DNA from: Thelocarpon superellum
Taxonomy: Eukaryota
NCBI GenBank assembly: GCA_026025795.1
Contig: JAPEUG010000012.1
Span: forward strand, 62,001-98,483
Direction: 5' to 3'
DNA: 36,483 bases
The notes beneath the pieces were generated by a model. It did not search any database and was not told the DNA's origin. It worked only from the letters and a program-made list of their open reading frames with translations. How positions within the stretch are numbered: the first letter of the stretch is position 1; each line of letters begins with the position of its first letter. Both the position numbers and the translations under genes were made by a program. Positions 1-13,246 of the stretch are shown piece after piece.

Positions 1-1560
1 GCGCCTCGCGACGCTCTCGAATCTTGTTCTTCAGGTGCAGGACGAAGTCATCGTCAACGTACTTCCGCTTGACGCCCGACTGTACCTTCCCGTCCGGCGC
101 TTGCAGGAAGCGACAGTTTCGGCCGAGGATCTCATGCTTGGTGTAGCCGGTGAGTCGCTCGAAGATGTCCGAGCAGTAGATGATGGGGAGATCGTGCGAG
201 GTGACGTCGCACACGACAAAGGCGCATGACATGTCGACGGCGCCGATGTTGATCTCGGGGTTCGGCCGGGTGGCGACGCGCATCTAGCGGGGGTGTCAGT
301 CAGGTGGGGAGGGGGGGCTCGCCTCCTGCCTCCATGACGCGTACGCACCAGCACGCTGAGCATGTCAAAGCCACTGGCGGAGTAGATGCCCTTGAATTTC
401 TTGGTGATCTCTGGATCTTGTGCAGGGGGCACGGGCCCAATCGGTTCTGTCGCGTTGGCTCCTGTCAGCGACGTGTCCCACGAGGAGGTCCGGATCTGCG
501 TCATCGAGTCTTGCATCGTAATCCACTGACCTGACTCCGGCGGCGCTATCGCCTCTCCGGGGGCCACGAGGCCATTCGAGGCGTCGAGGGCCACCGAGGC
601 GGAGGGGTGGAAAGGGGCGTGCGGTGTCGGGGCTCGGTCGCTAGAACTCTCCCGTGCCCGGGTCGACTCCTCCGCAGCGACCCGGTGGGTGGCCGGGGGA
701 TGCATCTGGTCGGACATGTGTAAGGCGGGCATCTTGTTCATGACATCCTGCTCGCTGTTCTCCTCCATGGCCGAGATGGGGTGCGGGTTCAGGGGGTTGG
801 ATCGCGCCGGTTCCATGGGCGGCGGAGGGGCGGCAAAGTCGGGATGCAGGGGCGAGAAGTGTGGATCCGACAGGCGATGTCGCAGCGGCGGCGGCGGCGG
901 CGGGGCGAAGTGGTTCATGGGCGTGATCTCGCCGCTGGACGTGCCGTCGAGGCCGCCAGGGGGAAAATCGAGGGACATAGACGTGGCCAGGCCCGCGGAC
1001 AGGCCGGTATAGCCCGCGCCACTCATGGCGAGGGGATCGGACTGGAGCGCAGCTTGATAGGCGGCGACATGGGGCGAATTGTTGAAGGTGGGGCCGAGCC
1101 GAGCGAAGCGCGTGTCGAGCGCAAGCTCGTGGGAGGAGGGCCGTCGGAGGCGGGGGTGGGTCGGGGCGAGGGTGGGCGTGCTGGGCCCACTGGGGTGGAT
1201 GGGACCGGCGTCTGGGATAGGGGACGGATCGAAGGCGTATCCGTCGAGGTCCCCCTGGTGGCCTGCGCCGAATTCCAACACGCCGCCGGGCCGCGCATCA
1301 CCATTGGAGCGAGGGGGGACGCGGCCATAGGGCGGTTGCATGCTCCGCCGTCGTTGAATCTCCTTTTGGTTCTGCAAGACGATGTCGTCCAAGGTGTCGC
1401 CACCCACCATGCCGGCGGCAGTGGAGCCATCGTCGACGCCCGTCATGGCCATCAGGTTGGCGGGCGAATGCATCGCGCCATCCCGCATGCGTTGCAGGTC
1501 GGCCTCGGTGAGCTGATTGGCATAAAAGTCCTCCATGTATGCGACGTTGAGCTCTTCCAT
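1..1560 (-). CDS. wc-1: White collar-1 blue-light photoreceptor / transcription factor, 5' part; runs off the left end of the window
   Basis: After removing intron 284-348 (GTGCGT...TAG) the frame reads GIYSASGFDMLSVL|MRVATRPNPEINIGAVDMSCAFVVCDVTSHDLPIIYCSDIFERLTGYTKHEILGRNCRFLQAPDG, the fungal LOV domain with the flavin-binding GRNCRFLQ motif and WC-1/VVD-type N-cap. The long low-complexity N-terminus fits WC-1 rather than VVD. Start is ATG 1560 or 1536. Probable extra in-frame intron 447-530. Confidence 0.92.
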
Positions 1561-3460
1561 CGAGCGCGGAAGGGAGGAAGACGGCGCACCGACTCCGGAC
1601 CCAGCTCGTCGGGTCTGACGTTGTACGTGACCCGTAGGCAGGTCGGGACGGGGGTCATTGGACAGCACGTGCAAGGGAGTCGTCGTCCGGTGTAAGTTAT
1701 GTTGGTGGCGGTGCTAGGTCGTGGGTCAATGGTGAATGCTGAAGACAGCCGGGGGGTGAGAGATTCCCTGATGTTACCTATGCAAGCCCGTCCGACGCTC
1801 GTCGAGTCGCACCACGAGACGGGGAGCAGGATGAGAGCTCGCGCCTGAGTCGTCCGAGGTGAGGTGGAGTCGTGCTCGACCGACGGCGAGCACGCGGGCA
1901 AGCACGCGGGCCTGGCTACGAGGGCGGTGGGGGGCGAAGAAATGGCTCAAGCGTCGGGGCCGATGGCCATGCCGCGCCGTGGGGCCAGTGCCACGCGAGA
2001 CGAGGGCCGGGGAAGACGAGGGCGATGATGGGAGGTGTGTGGGTGAGTGGGAGGCAGGACGGGCGAGTCGGGGTCCATTCAGGTCCCGCGGTGACGAGCG
2101 AGGATGAATTGGAGCCAAATTGGAGACGCTGCCACTTGCGTCCGCTGTGGTGGTGGTGCGTGGTGGTGGAGGTGTGGAGTAGCCAAGAGTGGTTCGCAGG
2201 AGCAACAATCGCCGTGCGTGCCCGCTGTCACCGTTGCGGTCCGTCGTAGACTTAGGCGTATGGTAGGCGTAGGCGTAGCGTAGACATAGGCGTAGGCGTG
2301 GTGGTGCTCGTACTCGTGCGCGTGCCCGCGGACCTCGTCGCTGCTGTCCCCAGGATCACGGCAATACACCAGCCGCATCGGCCGCAGCGCTCTCCGGCTG
2401 GGACGGAGTACTTTGCACGACGTCTTGGTGGTCTTGTCTCTACGCGTGGCGCTGCCAGTACTCGTACGAGTACCTGTGTCCTGGTCCTCGGAGATTACTG
2501 GACGAGTCCTCGAGTCCTTGAGTCCTCGAATTCTCCGCTCACGAGTCACGCGCTACGACGACGACCATGACCAAACTACCGCGTCATTCTCTCTCTTCCT
2601 CCTCTTCCCTCGCGGCGGCGTGGGCTGGGGGGGCAGCGATTTGGCGCCATTGCGGTTCTGCGGTTCTGCGGTTCGGTAGTATTGCCGCCACCTACCAATC
2701 CCGCCGCGCCAATAATGGACCGTGCGTGACCCTCAGCGTGACCCTGCGGGGAGCGCCTGGGGTGCGGTAACGAGCAGCTCTCGGTCGGTGGTGGGGGCTG
2801 GTGGGAAGCTGGGGACGAAGGCACACGCCATCCGCCCTGCGTGGAGCGCACCACGAGTCATTGGATCCCCCGGGTGGTCTACGACTAACATAGGCCACGC
2901 TTCGGCAATTCCTCGCAGTAGGGACTGTCTAGGCCGCGGTGGAGTAGGCACGTCGAGGAATGTCCTAGGTAGCGAATCACTATGAGGAGCTCCCTGTGCA
3001 CTTCCCGGGCGGCGACTCGTGCCAAACTCTCCGACCGCGCGCGACTCATGAGGGATGAGGCACAGAGAGATGGTGCGGGGAGGGCGCGTTACTCGTATGA
3101 GTACCCCTACACCTGGGTCGGTTACTAGGGGAAAGAGGAGGGGGGCGCGCGCCGCGCCGAACAACGGGCACTTGGGCCCGCGGGGGCCCTCGTCGAAGAC
3201 TCGACGAGCCCATCCAGTAATGGCAGGTAGGAGGCTCCTTAACCCGAGCGAGCTAGCGGCGCGCCCTAAGCTTTTGCAGAAACTGGAGGAGTAATCCGGG
3301 GGAGCGACATGGGGCGCAACGTGATAGCAGCGAGGGTTGGGAGCCATATCACTATAGAGGAAGATACTCGTATAAGTAACATAGGCGAGACATACGTGCA
3401 GCGGCGAGGTTCACTCGAGTCAGCGACGTGAACCGGCGGCGAGGTGACCTCTTCGTTACT

Positions 3461-3550
3461 TCTGGCTTCTGGCTTCTGGCTTGTGGATGCTGCATTCTGC
3501 TCTTTGCTCTCTGCATCTGCACTCTGCGTCTGCACTCTGCACTCTGGCAC
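3461..3550 (+). repeat. Degenerate heptamer tandem repeats (TCTGGCT)n and (CTCTGCA)n
   Basis: tctggcttctggcttctggctt followed by ...ctctgcatctgcactctgcgtctgcactctgcactctggcac. Confidence 0.7.
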
Positions 3551-4048
3551 CTCCGCGTACGGCACAATGCTCTCGTCCCGGCTGGGGAAGAATCCTAGGA
3601 GGAGCCGCAGCACCAGCAGCAGCAGCGGGAGACGTCGGGCTCCTCTCGCTCCTGTGGCCTCCCCGACCTTATGCCGTACACCATGCCTATGTGCCACGCC
3701 CATGCCCAAGCCCGCGCCCGCGCCCGCGCCCGGACCCGTGCACCTCATCCAAGTTTTCTGGTTCGACGGACGGAGTAAATGACATGGGTGATGGGATGGC
3801 ATTTCGGCTCAGCTGACCTTTGGCTTTTTTTCTGTTCACCAATTACCTAATGCCTCATCCTGGAAAGAAATGGCGGCGGCGAGATCCTTTTAATAGGTCA
3901 GGTACAAGTCACTCACTGCCGCCACCATATTGCAAGTAGGAGGTCCGTATCTCGGTAGCCGCGATACCGAGTACTGCCGCCCGACTGCCGGGTAACGAGC
4001 GGTACGCAAATTGGGACGGTCCGCCGAGCACCATCCTCGCCGTCTACC

Positions 4049-6351
4049 CTACGACACTCTGCGCCCACCTGCGCCGGGGCGTGCGCGACCCTTTCGGTCC
4101 AGCTTGGTCGCGGCGAATTTCTCCCGCGCCAACTCAATGGCCGTCTTACCCCCCGACGATCCCCGTCCGTTGCTCCGGAAGCGGGCGTCGACGAGGACTG
4201 GGCTGTGCGCGCCCCGGGTGTCTCGACTCTTGCTCCGCCAGTCCAGTCGGTGTCGCGAATAGAGGTCCATCTGCCAATTACGCCACACCGCTCGCCCCAC
4301 GAGGGACTCTCGTAGCTGCGATTCATGCGACAACAGTTGATCGGCCACCCGCTCGGCGTAGTTGCCCAGTCCCTGCGTCGCCGGTCGCAAAGCGTCGAGC
4401 ACGTACGAACCCGAGGAATGGGTGGCCAAGGAGGCCAGGTGCGGGAGCAAGGCGTTGATGAGCTTGCGTCGAAAGGCCGCGCTCGAAGTTGGCAGTGTCA
4501 GCGACGCCTGGATGACACGCGATGGTGCCGCGCGCTCCGCCATCTCCCACAGCGTCGATGCGGGCGTTGCCAGCAGGCCGTCGTAGATCAACGCGCTCAT
4601 CGGACCAGGAACGGCCAGCATGGACTGCGCCAGTAGCGATCCATGCGCCGATCCCGCGCTCTCCTTCGCTGTTGTATCGGGAGGGTGCTTGGCTCGCCGG
4701 TCCGGGGTCTTCGGCTCCCATTGCAGCATCCGCACGAGGCGGGGCGTGGCCTCCTCGCCGTACGCCCCGCGCAACGCATCCATCAGCGGCGACATCTCGG
4801 CCTCGCGTGCGACGGACCGATCGATCATGGTCCGCAGGATCGACGTCCGCCCCCGCAGCACTAACTTGGGCACCTCGGGCAGAATGCTTTGCACCGCGAT
4901 TTCGAGATCCTCGCGACTCAGTCGCTCCAGCGCTCGGGACACGACGTAGCCTGCAACCTCGTTGGTCGCCAAGGAACCAAGCTCGTCGCGGAAGATGGCG
5001 CGATAGAGAACTTTGAAGATCTTCCCGGGCGCATGCTGGAGGATGCACTCAAACAGACGAGAGCCGATGGGGTCATAAAGGAGTCCTCGGAGGTACGTCG
5101 TGTCCGGCGTTCCCGCTGGCGTCGACTCTCCAAAGACGAGCCTTCCCACGATCGAGTCGAGCTCCGGTGCTCGCTTCTTGCGCGTATCCGATGATTCCAC
5201 TGCCACCAGGAGCTGCAAGACTGGGTTCGCCGACGGGTGCACGGCCAACAGGCGTAGATTGGTCAAGGACATGCTCGACATCATCCCGCCTACCATCTGA
5301 TCGATGGCGACCCGGAACGCGTCCGGCACCGGCCGCGGTTCGAGGCTGAGCGCAAGCGGGGTTGCCGTCACACCCGAGACCTCCACGGTCTCCTTGCGTT
5401 TGCTGCGCAACAAGGACATGGTCGCGCCGGCGGCGAGAGGCCGACCGGACAGCACCACGAGGAGGACGCGGAGCACGTGTGACGCATGTCGATCGGCCAT
5501 CAGGTACCCTAGGTGACCGTCCAGGTCGTTCAGGGTGTAGAGGAAGAGATTCTCCATGGAGACGTAGACCTCATCCTCGTGGCTTTCGGCCGGCGCCTCG
5601 GGCGGTGTGGCCAATTCTTGGCTGACCATGGGCGCCGACTGAAGGAACAAGGCCTCGCAGCAATGAGACGCAAAGCGGTGGCGTACCAGGTGTAGGAAGC
5701 TATGGCGGTCAATTTCTGACTCTGCCAGACCAGGCAGGACGGGGCCGGCGGGGGAGAGATGAAAGAGGGGAGGGGGGGGAGTTGGCCGTGTACTTACTGT
5801 CCACTGAACTTTTGAAACAGCGTCTTGAGTTGGGCCGGCGTGGACAGCAGGATGAGGCGCTCGAGCAATCGCGAGCAGGACTGACTGCATGCCAGCTTCA
5901 GCTCCTTACCCACGGCTTCATTGTAAACGTTCGCGAGGAAGAGGGTGCGTTCTGACGCGGTATGAGCATGAGAATCAACAGTGATTTTTCGGTCATGGGG
6001 GGTGCGGATGGGAGCTCAACCTTCCGGGTCGTTAAAGTCGTTGAGCTCTAGCATTTCGTCCGCACGTCGAAAGTATTCTTGCTCCTCGTCATTGAGCATG
6101 CCGAAAAACACATGGTCGGTTCCCGTCCCTGGTCCGACTTGGCCGTCTGTGGGGAATGCGAAACTCGCGGCGGCTGCCGCCTCCTCCGGCCCGGCGTGCT
6201 TTTCTTGACGCGCTTCATCAAAGTCGTCCTCGCTCTTCCTTCTCCTCTCGTCGTGTGCCTCGTCATGGTCTTCCTCACGCTTCCTCTTCTTCTTCTCCTT
6301 CTTCTCCTTCTTCTCCTCTCGCCGCCCTCGTTTCTTGTTTTCCTTTGGCAT
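4049..6351 (-). CDS. NOP9: Nucleolar protein 9 (Pumilio-repeat 18S rRNA maturation factor)
   Basis: Exons 6351-6021, 5951-5798 and 5699-4049. Basic N-terminus MPKENKKRGRR, then [75 protein letters not shown] and VGRAVWRNWQMDLY, all typical of fungal Nop9. Confidence 0.9.
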
Positions 6352-6589
6352 GATGTCGACTCACATCGGGGTCAGGGACATCTGTCGTGACCTGTAACTC
6401 TCCTGGTGCTTCGGCTCAGTCATTTCTTTGACTTGATAGACGGCGGTGACAGCGCTGACGGCGCTGACGACGGTGTCAGCAACGGGGGTCTATTGGCTAC
6501 CTGCTGTAGCAGGGACGCTGATGCTAAGGGTGCGTGCAGAAGCTAACTAGCCGACTACTGCGGTTGGAAGACCATGTAGAGGGGGGAAG

Positions 6590-6608
6590 ATGACTCAGGC
6601 CTGAGTAA
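6590..6608. promoter_or_regulatory. Candidate bZIP (Gcn4/CpcA/AP-1-type) site ATGACTCA within a palindrome, upstream of NOP9
   Basis: Sequence atgactcaggcctgagtaa. TGACTCA is at 6591-6597 and the perfect 14-bp palindrome actcaggcctgagt lies about 240 bp upstream of the NOP9 ATG. Confidence 0.3.
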
Positions 6609-7640
6609 GAGGGCTCACAGCGGTGATCTAAGCCAGACCACCACCACCCCCCGTCGGATAACGAGTCTTCGTTAAGGGTTAGCGGGGTCGTTGACCGCGG
6701 ATGGTGAACGTTTTCGGAGTGAATCTCTAGACGGGCCTTTGATATATTTACGATATGCTACGCTTATGCATTGTTCCTTCCCGCTTCTGTGCACGATTCA
6801 GCTAACTTATGCTAACAGAAGTACCTGGCGAGCGCACCTTCTGGCAGTATTTCCAGGGTCATGATAGACATGCACTAATTCGACTGCTGCATCTCGAGGT
6901 CGAGTTCCATCTATCCCTTCCATACGTAGGCACCGATTTATTCTCATGCTGATGGAGTGCTTCTGTGCGCGTTGCGGCAGGGTCATGTCAACATCTCCAT
7001 TGTTTCGTTGTCGAAAACCACGGGAAGGCCATGACCAAAGTCAAATTGCTTGTGAGGCCGGGAGCTCCACGCCTCGCTGTGAGGATAGGATAGGTCATGT
7101 GATAGTCACCTGATATAGCATGTGACCTGGAACGCTGTATCTAAATCGAGTCCCGCTGCGAGCTAGCAGAGCCCCAGCGTTCAGCTCGAGTAGCATGAGG
7201 AGGCTAGTCATAGGTCTATGAGCCTCAGGAGCCCCAGAGTCAACTCCTATTGACAGGTCTACTGTTTCCGCCTAGCTGTAGGCCTCGTCATCAAACTCAT
7301 ATTGGCGAGGCTACGCCGCTGGTGAGGAACTGCAGGAAAGAGACGAGAAAAGGCGGCGAGGTCGAGGGAGGAACGGGATGGATTCATGTTGTGGTCGAGA
7401 TGGAGCTCGGCATGGTCCTAACGTCACCCGCGCTAGGGTGACCACGGGTGAGACGAGGCGCCTTACTCGATCGGGGGCCACCTATTTCTGGATGCGCCGA
7501 CACCTATGCTCTCGTTACGACAGATAAGGCTTGAGAAAGACGGATCGTGTAAGGGATAGTCAAACAGCTGTCTTTAAGTCCCAAGATGTATGTGGTATGT
7601 TATGGTACAGATGCAGCCACTGCCTACCAAGCATCCCATG

Positions 7641-8894
<1,254 letters not shown>

Positions 8895-9117
8895 GGCTGG
8901 TGTTGTTGGTGGCGTGGGAAGAAATGTAGGTTATGTGAGGCGACGTCATCTGGCGTTGATTCCCATCGTCGCTTGCTCACGCTTGCTCTCTTTGACCAAG
9001 GCAAAGCTTTCCGAGTATCATATCCCCCACAGCAGGGGTAAAGGTCCAGATTCTAATGACCTCTGACGAGGATCGTCATACGCTGTATCATCTGATCGTG
9101 ATTTGTACCGTGCTCGC

Positions 9118-10213
9118 TCAGGACTTCCACGCCGTGTATACGATCCGACTGCCATAAGTCTCACCTTTCTTGAGCACCACCATGCTCCGCCACTCATCTA
9201 CGTTTACGGCGTTGATGTACCGGCCCGGCTCGACGCAGAAGCCCGCGCGACTCGGCCGGCTGGGTGTGCTGTGCACGGCTGGAACGTTGACATAGTCACC
9301 CGTGTAGAATTGGAAGGCAGGCTCCGTGGTGCGGACCTCTAGGTGGATGTGGGACAAGGGGTGATAGAAGCTAGCGGCCAGTTGCAGGGGCGATGACCGA
9401 CTGTCCAGGGGGATGGTAGCGGGCGCGGCATTCAAAATGAAGCAATCGTCAAGAACGGGCTGCGTCTTGCCTAGGGTAACGGTCTCTCCGGACTGGATGT
9501 ATTCGTGCCGAGTGGGGCCGGCGGTGGGAATGCCGTCGGAGTCCAAAGGCAGACACAGATCAGTGTGCAGTGTTGCCCGCGTACCGTCAAAGGTACTTTC
9601 GGGCCCCGGGTTGAAGTAGCTGAAGGGACGGGGCGTCATCAGGACCAAGCAACGACGCACCCATGGTTCGGTAGGTCTCGTACCTGTGATTGGTGACATT
9701 GACCACCGTCTCGCTGACCCCGTCGGGTTGCTCGTCCGCCATGCGGACTTCATAGCTCACGTCCAATACCGTCTGCTCCACCCCTTGATGCACCTGTGTG
9801 CGTGCGACGTAGCGCACGGTAGCCTGTACGGCGCCAGGGTAGCCCTCATCGCCGTGAGGGCTGTTGTAGGTAAACGCGACGGACTCGTGGCCGTCGATCA
9901 AGGCCAGGTGCGGACCCCGCCACACCTTCTTGCCCCATCCCTCCACGCCGCCATGGAGACTGCTGGGCCCATTATTTTTCGGAAGCGTGTATGATTGGCC
10001 ATTGAGCTGGCCAATGGTGGCGCGCTGGACGCGGTTGGCAACCCGGCCAATCGTCTCGCCAAAATAGAAGGCGTTGTGCGCGACGTACGCTGCATCCGTG
10101 GGGAAGTTCAAGACAATGCTCTGTCCGGCGACGCGGAAGTCCTGGATCAGTGCCCCGCGAGGGAGAAACTCTACCGCGGAGGTGTTCGTGGTGAGCGAGT
10201 CTGATCTGGCCAT
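9118..10213 (-). CDS. galM: Aldose 1-epimerase (galactose mutarotase family), stand-alone
   Basis: Two exons joined at TNHS|YFN. Motifs YFGETIGRVANR, SLHGG, TNHSYFN, LDDCF, EPAFQFYTG and GFCVEP include the catalytic His and Glu of mutarotases. No fused UDP-glucose epimerase domain. Confidence 0.92.
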
Positions 10214-10966
10214 GGCGAAAGGTGAGGTAGCGGGGACCAGTTACGCAGCTCCCTGGGTGTGACGTCGTGGCGAGCGAGCATGGGCGGTATGAGGGTACGA
10301 GTACGACTTCTCTGGAAACATACCGTCGTCCACTCCCGATGAGGCGCGGTATTAGAACACGATTATTGGCGCGATGTGTCCGCGACTTGGGACACCAAAC
10401 GTGAGGACAGATCGGCGCCCAGAGCTTGCGGTAAGAACGGTATCCGCGCTGCAGGGCAACGCAAGACGTCGGCCCCAATCGGACTCCGAAGAGAAGAGCG
10501 GGTCGCTAGCACTGCCTCCGAGAGCCGACCGCAGCCCGCCCCTAACGACCCGAAACACTACCTAGGCGGGCGGCGACCATTTGATGGGGGCACCAGGTGG
10601 GCACGTCACGGTTCTTGGAAGCGATGGCTTTGACGGAGCTTGTCAGACCACTGTGACGGTACCGCCGTGTACTTGTCAAGTAAATGCAAGGACACGATTC
10701 CTTGAGGTGGGGAGCTACTAGAGAGCTTTCACTACAAGTAGAAGCTCACCAGGTACCTGGGTGTAAGCGCCAGTGGCATGAAATCCTCAGATTTGGAGCT
10801 AGAAAGCGCCCCCTTTCGCCCGCACAATATCTAACGTCATGGTACGAATACAGACAGATACACCAAGTGGATAAGACAAGACATGCAAAAGAGGTTTGCC
10901 ATGGACGAAACAGTCTGTCTCTACAGGTGTCGTGTCGGGTGAGGACGCGGCGCCATCTGTTGCGGT

Positions 10967-12001
10967 TCATTCGACCACCTGGCCCAAGAAGGCTTGAAAG
11001 TCTTCGTCCTCTTTCCAGTCCGGCAGCAGACACGGACCATCGTCATCGTTGAGACTCATGGTCACATCCTCCTCGGTGGGGCACAAGGTCGTCCCGGGCC
11101 TCGGGCCAGCCCCCGTACCATTGTCGGTCACGCTGGTGATGGCGGTCGACCAGCTTGACGGATGGAGCTGTGACAGCTCGAGGCAATCCGCGAGCTGCGG
11201 CGGGGCCGTCAATCTGACCGAGGCGGGCGAGCTCGATGTTGGGGATGCGCCGGCCATATCCGCCGACGCGTCGACCGGGAAGGTGTAGGGAGCGCTGCTA
11301 TCAATCGTAGGAGAGGTGGGACTCGTCTCGGAATCTGAGCCGCAAGGAGGGTGTGCGAGCATGATTCCAGCCCCGCTCTCGAACAGCTTCGTCTGTGCCG
11401 AATGGAGGTCCTCTTCAAACGTGCCATGATCGCCGTGATGACCGGCCTTGAGCGCCCCTAAGCGCTCCAGCAGCGCGTGGGTTAGGGGATGACCGCTGTC
11501 CGACGCCGGTAACGGAGGCCCGGTCCAGCCTGTGCCGTCTTGGGTGCGTCGGTAGAGCTCCTGCACCCCGGCGACCAATTGCGCCTGTTGCTGCTCGAGC
11601 ATCTCCACGTACCTGCTCCCGCATCAGCATTCGCCGTCGGGGCATGGCTAGCGGCCACGGTCAGGGGATGGCACACCCTCTCGGGTAGACACGGTCGAGC
11701 GACCTGCGCCGTTCACCAAAGTAGCAGATGGCGTTGTCCGTCTTGCATCGGCCGCAGGGGCTGTCGCCATCACACTGATGTGCGTGTCAATGGGTGAATG
11801 CCCCACATGCCGGCGACGTATATAGCGTACCTTGGCTTTCTTCAAGCGGCACTGCCCACGATCTCAACATCAGCGGCGTTCGACAGAGGAGGGCGTCGGA
11901 TGGACGTGACGTACTCGGTCACACGCTTTACAAACGCGTTTTCGCACATGTCCCTCCCCCGGAGCAGCTTCGGTGGGCGGCGTGGGCAAGTGGGTGCCCA
12001 T
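10967..12001 (-). CDS. Zn(II)2Cys6 transcription factor, small Fcr1-like type (~283 aa)
   Basis: Exons 12001-11915, 11851-11831, 11774-11677 and 11612-10967 assemble to RKRVCKACDR|CRLKKAK|CDGDSPCGRCKTDNAICYFGERRRSLDRVYPRG|YVEMLEQQQAQLVAGVQELYRR...GHPLTHALLERLGAL, followed by an acidic/aromatic C-terminal tail (WKEDEDFQAFLG). Confidence 0.88.
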
Positions 12002-13185
12002 CCAGGTAAAACGGTCGAGCCGGCGGCCGAAGCGGGCATTCGCTGCGTGCGATGGATGGATGAGCCGGCTGGACGTGGAGGGCAAGGAGGGGAGGAGAGG
12101 GTGGAAGAGGGCGGGTCAATGTCTACGGTGAGGCGGCGCGGACTGCCCAGCAATAGAGGATGCCCAGGAGGCAAAGCACAATTTTCAGGCGCGCTGAGAC
12201 GGTGACGGGCACGTCAAGGTACAGGCAAGGCCAGAGGAAGAGCAATCGGTAGGCGGGGGCGGCGTGCAGCCGCGGTGTTTAAATCGTGCAACGCCATTGC
12301 ATCAGACCTAAGACCGACCGCCGAGGCGCGCCATGGCGGTCAGCCTGCGCGTTCCGCCCACGAGTGGAGCTTCATCCCAGATTGCGCGCGGGGAGAGCCG
12401 GGCATAACGAGAGGCTTGGACCACCGAGCACCGCCCCAGAGTCAGGTGGGCCTGAGGCCTGACATTCAGGGCATCCCCGGCCGCAGCAGCGGTCCTCCGC
12501 GACCCTGCCTTCCACTGGGTCCGAGATCCGTTCGACCACCTGATTTGATCGTCAATGTCCATGCTGAGCAGCCGGGCGTAAACCGGCACGATGAGCGATG
12601 CGCCAGCGCCAGCGCCAGGCGATCGCATCAGCTCGGATACTTTCTCCAGCCCGAGTTGTCATCAGTAGGTCAAGCGAGCTGCAGGTTGATGATTACGGAG
12701 GTATTGCCAGTACTCGTCGGTCGATGATTACGGCGCATGCTCGCCGACATGGGGCTGTGGATGACGAGGGCCATTGGCGTAACGAGGTGACGGGGGTGAC
12801 GGAATGGCGGACGAAGCCGTGGTCCGGGGGCAAGTGATTAGGTCATCGGCGTCTCTGCATCCCTGCTCGCGTCGCGTCGTCGGCGTTCCGGTGCCGATGC
12901 CCGGGACTAAGGGCTCGCTTACGCCGTAGCGAACGAGGCGAACAAGGCGAACGAGGGCGAACGCTGGGAGGTCTCGGAAAAACTCTGGCCCCCGCCGCGG
13001 GCTTGGGACGCGGGCCCATGATGCCGTTTCTTCCAAGCACGAGCGTCCTGGCGCCACCCCGTCACGGTTTCTCCCGATTGCCTTTCTACGATCGACGGCT
13101 ACTCGGCCGCCGACAGTCCTAGTCCGACCGGTCAGGCGCGAGGTGAGAGTCGTCGGGAAGTGCTTCATTCTCGACTTGACGCTGC

Positions 13186-13246
13186 CGGGCCCCCGGCCCC
13201 CGGCCCCTGGCCCTCGGCCCCCGGCCCCCTCGCCCCTGGCCCCCCG
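13186..13246 (+). repeat. GC-rich degenerate heptamer repeat (CGGCCCC)n
   Basis: cgggcccccggccccggcccctggccctcggcccccggccccctcgcccctggccccccg, downstream of the CaMK stop. Confidence 0.7.

Noticed and set aside
781..1695. 304-aa plus-strand ORF antisense to wc-1
   Set aside because: Antisense shadow of a GC-rich exon, with a non-ATG start and no recognisable domain.
6624..6635. 12-nt match (TGGCTTAGATCA, minus strand) to the 5' region of fungal U2 snRNA
   Set aside because: Not followed by the invariant branch-recognition sequence GTGTAGTA or an Sm site, so treated as a chance match.
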